This document shows positions 54,839 to 62,146 of a stretch of 64,000 bases of DNA, piece by piece. The translations under genes were made by a program, and so were the position numbers. Numbering within the stretch: position 1 is the first letter of the stretch; each line of letters opens with the position of its first letter. The notes beneath the pieces were generated by a model. The model saw only the letters and a list, made by a program, of their open reading frames with translations, was not told the DNA's origin and ran no database searches. Source of the DNA: Burkholderiales bacterium (GTDB taxonomy: Bacteria > Pseudomonadota > Gammaproteobacteria > Burkholderiales > Usitatibacteraceae); the NCBI GenBank assembly GCA_026125445.1, contig JAHCLE010000002.1, forward strand, positions 946 through 64,945, read 5' to 3'.

Positions 54839-54854
54839 GTTGACTCCAGTCAAC
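54839..54854. promoter_or_regulatory. FNR/CRP-family box GTTGAC-TCCA-GTCAAC
   Basis: Perfect TTGAC-N4-GTCAA. TCAAAT lies where a class II -10 element would be expected. 86-113 nt upstream of the candidate starts of the phosphatase-like gene. Confidence 0.5.
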
Positions 54855-54959
54855 ATGGACAATGCGCGCGGCTGGTCAAATACGACATATAGGTATCAAC
54901 GGCTCGGCCCATCCGCTGCCGGGCAGTCTGCGATGGCCGGGCCCGATCAGAAGCGGGCC

Positions 54960-56651
54960 ATGCGCACCCTATATCGATTTGCGGTCGCCGCCTTGATGGC
55001 GATCATCCCTTCCCTCCCCGCGTTCGCGGCGGCGGAGACGGCTTCCCCGAATTACCAGGGCCTGTGGTGGAACTCCCCGCCGGAGTCGGAATCGGGCTGG
55101 GGCATCAACCTCGCGCACCAAGGCGACATAATCTTCGCCACCTGGTACACGTACGATGCGGACGGCAAGGGTTGGTGGCTGTCCATGACGGCCTACAAGA
55201 CCGCGGAACGGACCTACAGCGGCACGCTCATCGAGGCTTCCGGGCCGGCGTTCAGCGCCGTCCCCTTCAATCCCGACAGGGTGACCCGCAACGCCGTCGG
55301 CGTCGGCACCTTCGTGTTCCGCGATCTCGACAGCGGCACTTTCACCTACACGGTGAAGGGCGAGCAGCAGACGAAGTTCATCACGCGGATGGCGTACGGC
55401 CCGGTGCCTACCTGCACCGAGGGCACCCGGGCTGAGCTCGTGGCCGCGAAGAACTACCAGGATCTGTGGTGGGTCCCGGACGGGACGGAATCGGGGTGGG
55501 GGATCAACCTGGCGCATCAGGGTGACATCGTCTTCGCCACCTGGTACACCTATGGCGGCGACGGCAGGCCCCAGTGGCTTTCCGCGACGGCATTTCCGAT
55601 CGGACAGGGCATCTACAGCGGCCAGCTGATCCGGACCACCGGCCCGGCCTTCAAGGCATCGCCTTTCGATCCCGCGATGGTGACCCGCTCGGTCGTGGGC
55701 ACCGCGACCTTCACCTTCGCCAATGGCAATTCGGGTCAGTTCGAGTACACGCTGGACGGGGTGCATCAGGCCAAGGCGATCACGCGCCTCATGTTCAGCG
55801 CAACCACCGGGACGCGATGCGGCGAGCCCCATCGCAACGTGGCACCGGTCACGGTCGTGGCGGTGGGCGACATCGCCGAGTGCGGTGACAAGCCGGCAGG
55901 ACAGAGCGGCGCGGCCCGCACGGCGGAGCTCGTGCGCGACAGCGACAGCCTCATCCTGACGCTGGGCGACAACGCGTACCAGACCGGAACGCCCGACGAG
56001 TTCGCGAACTGCTACCACCCCACCTGGGGCCGCTTCAAGGACAGGACCCGCCCCACTCCCGGCAATCACGATTACTACACCACCGGCGCCGAGGGCTACT
56101 TCGACTATTTCGGCGACCGGGCAGGGCCGGACCGGCGGGGATACTACAGCTTCGACCACGGCAGCTGGCACTTCATCTCGCTCAACAGCATGGCCGACCT
56201 CTCGCCGCAGTCCGAGCAGTACCGCTGGCTCCTCGCCGACCTCGAGAAGTCGCGCGACAGCCTGTGCACCATCGCCGTCCTGCACTACCCTGCATTCAAT
56301 TCGGGCGCCGCACACGGCAGCAACGCGACTTCGAAGCAGGTCTTCGAAACGCTGCGCAACGCGGGCGTCGAATTGCTGCTTTCCGGGCACGAGCACGTCT
56401 ACGAGCGCTTCGGGCCACAGAAAGGCGACGGGACCTCGGACCCGGCTCGGGGCGTGCGCCAGTTCGTCGTCGGCACCGGCGGCGCGTCCCTCCACCAATT
56501 CAGCGCGACCCTTCCCCACAGCCAGTTCCGCCTCGCGACCAGTTGGGGAATCCTGCGCCTCGCGCTGGGCCATGGCAGCTACAGCTGGCAATTCGTGCCC
56601 GCAGGCGGCGGAACGCCCCTCGACGCGGGCAGCGCGAACTGCCACCGGTAG
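54960..56651 (+). CDS. secreted protein: signal peptide + two copies of an unassigned ~116-136 aa domain + purple-acid-phosphatase-like metallophosphoesterase domain
   Basis: Signal peptide MRTLYRFAVAALMAIIPSLPAFAAA. Phosphoesterase motifs 'GDIAECG', 'GDNAY', 'GNHDY' and 'GHEHVYER'. Alternative start at ATG 54933. Confidence 0.8.
   Translation: MRTLYRFAVAALMAIIPSLPAFAAAETASPNYQGLWWNSPPESESGWGINLAHQGDIIFATWYTYDADGKGWWLSMTAYKTAERTYSGTLIEASGPAFSAVPFNPDRVTRNAVGVGTFVFRDLDSGTFTYTVKGEQQTKFITRMAYGPVPTCTEGTRAELVAAKNYQDLWWVPDGTESGWGINLAHQGDIVFATWYTYGGDGRPQWLSATAFPIGQGIYSGQLIRTTGPAFKASPFDPAMVTRSVVGTATFTFANGNSGQFEYTLDGVHQAKAITRLMFSATTGTRCGEPHRNVAPVTVVAVGDIAECGDKPAGQSGAARTAELVRDSDSLILTLGDNAYQTGTPDEFANCYHPTWGRFKDRTRPTPGNHDYYTTGAEGYFDYFGDRAGPDRRGYYSFDHGSWHFISLNSMADLSPQSEQYRWLLADLEKSRDSLCTIAVLHYPAFNSGAAHGSNATSKQVFETLRNAGVELLLSGHEHVYERFGPQKGDGTSDPARGVRQFVVGTGGASLHQFSATLPHSQFRLATSWGILRLALGHGSYSWQFVPAGGGTPLDAGSANCHR
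55044..55799 (+). repeat. tandem intragenic domain repeat (copy 1 55044-55451, copy 2 55452-55799), paralogous to 56867-57619
   Basis: Both copies start NYQ(G/D)LWW..ESGWGINLAHQGD..F..W.TY. One run shared with 56867-57619 (tcggaatcgggctggggcatcaacctcgcgcacca) is identical at DNA level. Confidence 0.85.
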
Positions 56652-56678
56652 GACCTAGGTCGCCTCCTGCAGCACCCG

Positions 56679-56694
56679 CTTGACCCCCGTCAAC
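56679..56694. promoter_or_regulatory. FNR/CRP-family box cTTGAC-CCCC-GTCAAc
   Basis: Perfect TTGAC-N4-GTCAA, about 105 nt upstream of the ATG at 56792. Confidence 0.5.
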
Positions 56695-56791
56695 ACGGGG
56701 CCTTCCCTCGACGCGCCGAATGGGGGGGTTGACTCATTGGCCCGGCTACCCGCGGCCATGCGGTTCAGCTGCCGGGCAGGAAGGAGTGATC

Positions 56792-59407
56792 ATGCGCTCT
56801 GCGTCCCGCCTTCTGTCCGGCTTCGCCCTCACGATCCTGCTGTCCTTTCCCGCGATCCCGGCGGCATCCCCCAACTACCAGGGCCTTTGGTGGAATTCGC
56901 CGGCCGGCTCGGAATCGGGCTGGGGCATCAACCTCGCGCACCAGGGCGACGTCGTCTTCGCCAGCTGGTTCACCTACGACGCCGGCGGCAAAGGATGGTG
57001 GCTGTCCATGACCGCCACCAAGGCGTCGGAGGGAACCTACAGCGGTGCCCTGATCGAGACCACGGGGCCGGCGTTCTACTCGATGCCCTTCGATCCCGCG
57101 AAGGTGGCGCGCACCGTGGTCGGCAGCGGCACGCTTGCCTTCCAGGACGCGGACAACGGCACCTTCAGCTACACCGCGAAGGGCGTCCAGCAGTCCAAGT
57201 CCATCACGCGCCTGGTCTTCGGCTCGATGCCCACCTGCGCCGGGGCGTCGCAGGCGGAACTCGCGACCGCAACCAACTACCAGGATCTGTGGTGGGCAGC
57301 CGGCGGCACCGAGTCGGGCTGGGGCCTCAACCTCGCGCACGAGGGCGACATCATCTTCACGTCCTGGTTCACGTACGGCACGGACGGCAGGCCGGCGTGG
57401 CTGTCGGCCACGCAAACGAAGGTCGCCCCCAATGTCTACACGGGACAGCTGATCCGGACCACCGGCCCGGCCTTCGGCACGCCCTTCGATCCCGCGAACG
57501 TCGCGCGCACGGTGGTGGGCTCGGCGACGCTCTCCTTCTCCAACGGAAACGCCGCGGCGTTCACCTACACGCTGGACGGCATCACCCAGACCAAGCCGAT
57601 CACCCGCGTCCTGTTCGTTCCGCCCGTGGGCACCTGCTGCGGGCCGAAGCTCGCGACGACGATCACGGGCAAGGTCTTCGACGGCGCCATCGACAAGGCG
57701 ATCGTCTGCGCGGACGCCGACGGCGACGGCCGGTGCGGGCCGGGCGAGTCCCAGGCGCTGACCGATGCCACGGGTGCGTATGCGCTCGCGGCGCCGGATG
57801 GCTACAAGGGCCCGCTCGTCGCGGAGGTGGTCGCCGGCCAGTCGCGCGACGCGGACCAGCCGACGGCGGTGGAGCGCTCCTACCGCATGGCCTCCCCGTC
57901 GCGGGAATACAGCACGAACATCACGCCCTTCACCACGCTGGTGCGGCTTGCCGGGGACGCCGACTACCGGCTCGCCGAGGAAATCGTGCGCAACGAGCTG
58001 GGGCTCCCCCCGCGATTCGTCATCAACCTCGCCGCCGCTCCCGCCGCCGGGACCCTGACGAAATCGGTGTCGAGGTCGATCGTCGCCGCGCTCAAGGATG
58101 CGCCCTCGACCCTCGATTTCTCCTCGCCCGATGCGCTGGCAACGGTGGTCGCGCACTTCCCCACCCCCCTCGCGCAACTGCCGAGGATCGACATCAACAC
58201 CCACGGGGATCCGATCACCTCGCGCGAGACCTACGTCGACGGCCACTTCACCCTTGCCAACCCGGCTTCCGACGCGCCGCCGGTGCTGCTCAACGGCAAG
58301 ATCCGCGGCCGCGGCAACAGCACGTGGTGGGAGGCCAAGAAGCCCTACAAGGTCCAGATCACCAACGACGACGCCTATGCGGGCATCGCGGACTTCTTCG
58401 GCATGAGGAAGAACCGCAACTGGGTGTTGCTCGCCGACCACCTAGACCACTCGCTGCTGCGCAACAAGCTGGCGTACTCGCTGGGCAACAGCAGCGTCTT
58501 CAGCGACGGGCTGAAGTGGAACCCGTCCGGCCAGCACGTCGAGGTCACCCTCAACGGCGAGTACATCGGCGTATACCTCTTCGCCGAGGACATCCGCATC
58601 GACTCGACGCGCCTGAACATCAAGAAGATGAGTTCGTCGGCTTCCGCCAACCAGGTCGACGGAGGCTACATCGTCGAGGTGGACTACCCGCAGGATTGCG
58701 ACGTGATCCTGCAGTACACCACGCCGAAGGGCGTGCGCTTCTGCATCGACACCCCCGACGAGACGGCGATCACCCCGGCGCAGAACCAGTACGTCCGGGA
58801 CTACCTGAAGGCGGTGGAGTCCGACATCTACGGCAGCGGGAGCCTCGCCCGCATCAACGCCGCGAGCTTCGCCGACTGGTACCTGCTGCAGGAGCTCTTC
58901 CGAAACCAGGACGCCGTCTTCTACTCGAGCGACCGCATGTGGAAGGACACCGACTCCGCGGCGATCCCCGGCGACCGCGTCCTCAACATCGGCCCCATCT
59001 GGGACTTCGACATCTCCGCAGGCAACAGCGACCAGTACCAGACGGAGGGATGCTGGGTGAACAAGGGCCTGGACGACATGATTCCCAACTGGCCCAACTG
59101 GTACCGCAGGATCTTCGACCACCGCGAGTTCCTGGACCTCACGATCGCGCGCTGGAAGGACAAGCGGCCGGCGCTCGAAAGGTTCGTCAACGCGAGCATC
59201 GCCACCTATGCCCGGAGGCTCGAGAGCGCGCAGGCCCGCAACTTCGAGCGCTGGCCGGTGCTCGGAACGGACACGTGGAACAACCACTACCTCTTCGAGT
59301 CCTGGGAGGAGGAAGTGGCCTTCGTGAGGCGCTTCCTGAACGATCGGATGGCCTGGATGGACAGGGCCTTCGCGAGCCCCGAGGCCTACGTCGCGCTTTG
59401 CAAGTAG
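56792..59407 (+). CDS. secreted protein: signal peptide + the same two unassigned domains + linker with DADGDG motif + CotH kinase-like domain
   Basis: AAGGAG RBS. Signal peptide MRSASRLLSGFALTILLSFPAIPAA. C-terminal 'IRGRGNSTWWEAKKPYKVQI...NWVLLADHLDHSLLRNKLAYSLG...VTLNGEYIGVYLFAEDI' matches the CotH family pattern as I recall it. Confidence 0.8.
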   Translation: MRSASRLLSGFALTILLSFPAIPAASPNYQGLWWNSPAGSESGWGINLAHQGDVVFASWFTYDAGGKGWWLSMTATKASEGTYSGALIETTGPAFYSMPFDPAKVARTVVGSGTLAFQDADNGTFSYTAKGVQQSKSITRLVFGSMPTCAGASQAELATATNYQDLWWAAGGTESGWGLNLAHEGDIIFTSWFTYGTDGRPAWLSATQTKVAPNVYTGQLIRTTGPAFGTPFDPANVARTVVGSATLSFSNGNAAAFTYTLDGITQTKPITRVLFVPPVGTCCGPKLATTITGKVFDGAIDKAIVCADADGDGRCGPGESQALTDATGAYALAAPDGYKGPLVAEVVAGQSRDADQPTAVERSYRMASPSREYSTNITPFTTLVRLAGDADYRLAEEIVRNELGLPPRFVINLAAAPAAGTLTKSVSRSIVAALKDAPSTLDFSSPDALATVVAHFPTPLAQLPRIDINTHGDPITSRETYVDGHFTLANPASDAPPVLLNGKIRGRGNSTWWEAKKPYKVQITNDDAYAGIADFFGMRKNRNWVLLADHLDHSLLRNKLAYSLGNSSVFSDGLKWNPSGQHVEVTLNGEYIGVYLFAEDIRIDSTRLNIKKMSSSASANQVDGGYIVEVDYPQDCDVILQYTTPKGVRFCIDTPDETAITPAQNQYVRDYLKAVESDIYGSGSLARINAASFADWYLLQELFRNQDAVFYSSDRMWKDTDSAAIPGDRVLNIGPIWDFDISAGNSDQYQTEGCWVNKGLDDMIPNWPNWYRRIFDHREFLDLTIARWKDKRPALERFVNASIATYARRLESAQARNFERWPVLGTDTWNNHYLFESWEEEVAFVRRFLNDRMAWMDRAFASPEAYVALCK
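56867..57619 (+). repeat. tandem intragenic domain repeat (copy 1 56867-57274, copy 2 57275-57619), paralogous to 55044-55799
   Basis: Copy 1 is the same length (136 aa) as copy 1 of the upstream gene. Copy 1 resembles copy 1, and copy 2 resembles copy 2. Confidence 0.85.
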
Positions 59408-59441
59408 GCAGGCGGACGCGCCGGAAGGGTTGCCAAAGGAA

Positions 59442-59468
59442 GCGGGGGGAGGCATGGCCTCCCCCCGC
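59442..59468 (-). terminator. hairpin GCGGGGGGAGGC-atg-GCCTCCCCCCGC; likely terminator of tRNA-Gly (and of the convergent CotH gene)
   Basis: 12-bp GC stem placed 9 nt after the tRNA-Gly 3' end. On the minus strand it is followed by TTCCTTTGG. Right copy of the flanking hairpin pair. Confidence 0.55.
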
Positions 59469-59476
59469 GGGGTGTC

Positions 59477-59552
59477 TGGAGCGGCAGAAGAGTCTCGAAC
59501 TCTCGACCTCAACCTTGGCAAGGTTGCGCTCTACCAACTGAGCTACTGCCGC
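59477..59552 (-). tRNA. tRNA-Gly (anticodon GCC), CCA encoded
   Basis: Reverse complement GCGGCAGTAGCTCAGTTGGTAGAGCGCAACCTTGCCAAGGTTGAGGTCGAGAGTTCGAGACTCTTCTGCCGCTCCA. Confidence 0.9.
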
Positions 59553-59564
59553 GTGAAGCCCCGC

Positions 59565-59594
59565 ATTATAGCGGCTTCGGTCGCCGCGGGGCAA
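59565..59594 (-). promoter_or_regulatory. candidate sigma70 promoter for tRNA-Gly (TTGCCC-N18-TATAAT)
   Basis: Perfect TATAAT (59570-59565, minus strand) 12 nt upstream of the mature tRNA 5' end. TTGCCC at 59594-59589. Confidence 0.55.
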
Positions 59595-59758
59595 CCGAGC
59601 GCCTCCTCGCGACGCAGCGCCGGGAAAATCGCCGCGCCTCCGGAGGGCCGGCGTCCGGAGCCGCGATCCGGGCGGCACATTACCTCAAGCACAACTTGAA
59701 GTTTGCCTTGTAATCTATTGTTCTACCTGTATTAAATAGGTCGCCACCGAGGCCTTGC

Positions 59759-60343
59759 TCACCCCGGCGGGGCCGCCGGAGGCCGCAGCGCCGCCTTGAG
59801 GTAGACGATCATCGACCACAGCGTGATCAGGGCGGCGACCCAGATCAGGATGCGCCCGACCGGGTTGGTGTGGAACAGCCCGAAGAGGACGCCGTTGAAC
59901 AGCAGGAACGGGATCGCCACGAGCTGGGTCACCGTCTTCACCTTGCCCAGCATGTTCACCGCCACGCTCTTCGCGTTGCCCAGCTGGGCCATCCACTCCC
60001 GCAGCGCCGAGATGGTGATCTCGCGCGAAATGATGATCAGGGTGGCGAGCGGGTCCACGAAGCCCTTCTCGGTGAGGACGATGAGGGCGGCGGCCACCAT
60101 GAGCTTGTCGGCCACCGGGTCGAGGAAGGCGCCGAAGGGCGTGGTCTGGTTCCACTTGCGCGCGAGGTAGCCGTCGGCCCAGTCGGTGATGGCCGCCAGG
60201 ATGAAGATCCACATCGAGATCAGGCTCGCGGTGCGCTCGGCGATCCACGACTCCGGCACGTAGAGCACCGCCACGAACAGCGGGATCGCGAGGATCCGCA
60301 GGTACGTGAGGATGAGCGGGAGGGTGTGCTCCTTCGGCAGCAT
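59759..60343 (-). CDS. pgsA: CDP-diacylglycerol--glycerol-3-phosphate 3-phosphatidyltransferase
   Basis: 194 aa. CDP-alcohol phosphatidyltransferase motif 'DWADGYLARKWNQTTPFGAFLDPVADK'. uvrC-pgsA-tRNA-Gly synteny. Confidence 0.9.
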   Translation of the reverse strand: MLPKEHTLPLILTYLRILAIPLFVAVLYVPESWIAERTASLISMWIFILAAITDWADGYLARKWNQTTPFGAFLDPVADKLMVAAALIVLTEKGFVDPLATLIIISREITISALREWMAQLGNAKSVAVNMLGKVKTVTQLVAIPFLLFNGVLFGLFHTNPVGRILIWVAALITLWSMIVYLKAALRPPAAPPG

Positions 60344-62146
60344 TCAGTGCAGCTCGTTGTAGATGCGTTCCGCCAGTTTACGGCTGATCCCCTCGACGCG
60401 CGCGAGGTCGTCGACGCTCGCGGCCATCACGCCCTGCAATCCTCCGAAATGGGCGAGGAGCCTCTGGCGTCGCTTCGGCCCGACGGAGCCGATGTCCTCC
60501 AGCCGCGAGGCGGTGCGGGCCTTGCCGCGGCGGGCGCGGTGGCCGGTGATGGCGAAGCGGTGGGCCTCGTCGCGGACCTGCTGGATCAGGTGCAGCGCCG
60601 GGTGGTCGTGGGGAAGCCGCCGCGCGCCCTCCTCGCCCGCCACGAAGAGCTGCTCGAGCCCCGGCTTCCTCTCCTCGCCCTTGGCCACGCCCACCATGGC
60701 GATGTCGGCGAGCCCGAGATCCTGCATCACCCCGATCGCGGCATTGAGCTGCCCGGCGCCGCCGTCGACGAGGACGAGGTCCGGCACCCGGCCCTCGCCC
60801 TCGGCGAGCTTGCGGTAGCGCGCCTCCAGGGCGTAGCGCATGGCGCCGTAATCGTCGCCGGCGGCCACGTCCTTCACGTTGAAGCGGCGGTACTCGGAAG
60901 GCTGCATGCCGCCCTTGTCGTAGACCACGCAGGAGGCCACGGTGGCCTCCCCCATCGTATGGCTGATGTCGAAGCACTCGATCCTCGCCACCGGCGACTG
61001 GGCGCCCAGGAACTCGGTGAGGGCCGCCCCCCTCGCCTCCTGCGTGGCCTGCGCGGCGAGGCGCCCGGCGAGCGAGATCTCGGCGTTCTTGCGCGCCATC
61101 TCCAGCCACAGGCGGGCCTCCCCCTGCGGGCGGGTGACGATGGCCACCGGGCGCGCGGCGATGGCCGCGAGGAGCTCGCCCATGGCGGGGGCGTCCTGCA
61201 GGGCGTCGGCGATCACGCGCGAGGGCACGGGCTGCACGGCGTAGTGCTGGGCCAGGAAGGCCTCGACGACCGTGGCCGCGTCGCTGCCGCCGGCGTTCTG
61301 CGGGAAGAAGCTGCGGTCGCCCAGGTGGCGGCCGGAGCGGACCATGGCGAGCGTCACGCACCAGGCCCCCTCCTTCTCGACCGCCGCCACGATGTCGGCG
61401 TCGCGCGCGCCGGCCGCCTCCACCGCCTGCCCGGAGAGGATGCGCTGCAGCATGCGGATCTCGTCGCGGAAGCGCGCGGCGGCCTCGTAGTCCTGGCGGT
61501 CGGAGGCGTCCTGCATCTTGCGCGTGAGGTCGGCGACCACGTCGTCCTCGCGGCCCTCGAGGAACTTGGCGGCGTGCTCGACGTCGCGGCGGTAGTCCTC
61601 CTCGCCCACCGCGCCCACGCACGGGGCCGAGCAGCGGCGGATCTGCGCCAGCAGGCAGGGGCGCGAGCGGTGGCTGAACACCGTGTCGTCGCAGGTGCGA
61701 AGGCGGAATATCTTCTGCAGGTGGCCGATGGTCTCGCGCGCCGCCCAGGTGCTGGGGAACGGGCCGAAATAGCGGTTGGCCTTGTCCTGCACGCCCCGGT
61801 AGAAGCGGATCTGCGGGAAGCGGTGGCCGGTCACCAGGATGTAGCCGTAGCTCTTGTCGTCGCGGAAGAGGACGTTGTAGCGAGGCTGCAGCGCCTTGAT
61901 GAGGTTGTTCTCGAGGATGAGCGCCTCGGCCTCGGTGCGCGTGACGGTGGTCTCGGCGCCGGCGACCTGCTGGACCATGAGGGCGGTGCGGGGGCTCGCG
62001 AGCGTCTTCTGGAAGTACGACGACACGCGCTTCCTGAGCTCGCGCGCCTTGCCGACATAGATCACCTCGCCGGCCGCGTTCAGGAACCGGTAGACCCCGG
62101 GAAGGCTGGGCAGCCCGGCGAGGAACGCCTTCGGCTCAAACGCCAC
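60344..62146 (-). CDS. uvrC: excinuclease ABC subunit C
   Basis: 600 aa. GIY-YIG N-terminus 'PGVYRFLNAAGEVIYVGKA', UVR domain and C-terminal (HhH)2. Confidence 0.95.
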   Translation of the reverse strand: MAFEPKAFLAGLPSLPGVYRFLNAAGEVIYVGKARELRKRVSSYFQKTLASPRTALMVQQVAGAETTVTRTEAEALILENNLIKALQPRYNVLFRDDKSYGYILVTGHRFPQIRFYRGVQDKANRYFGPFPSTWAARETIGHLQKIFRLRTCDDTVFSHRSRPCLLAQIRRCSAPCVGAVGEEDYRRDVEHAAKFLEGREDDVVADLTRKMQDASDRQDYEAAARFRDEIRMLQRILSGQAVEAAGARDADIVAAVEKEGAWCVTLAMVRSGRHLGDRSFFPQNAGGSDAATVVEAFLAQHYAVQPVPSRVIADALQDAPAMGELLAAIAARPVAIVTRPQGEARLWLEMARKNAEISLAGRLAAQATQEARGAALTEFLGAQSPVARIECFDISHTMGEATVASCVVYDKGGMQPSEYRRFNVKDVAAGDDYGAMRYALEARYRKLAEGEGRVPDLVLVDGGAGQLNAAIGVMQDLGLADIAMVGVAKGEERKPGLEQLFVAGEEGARRLPHDHPALHLIQQVRDEAHRFAITGHRARRGKARTASRLEDIGSVGPKRRQRLLAHFGGLQGVMAASVDDLARVEGISRKLAERIYNELH

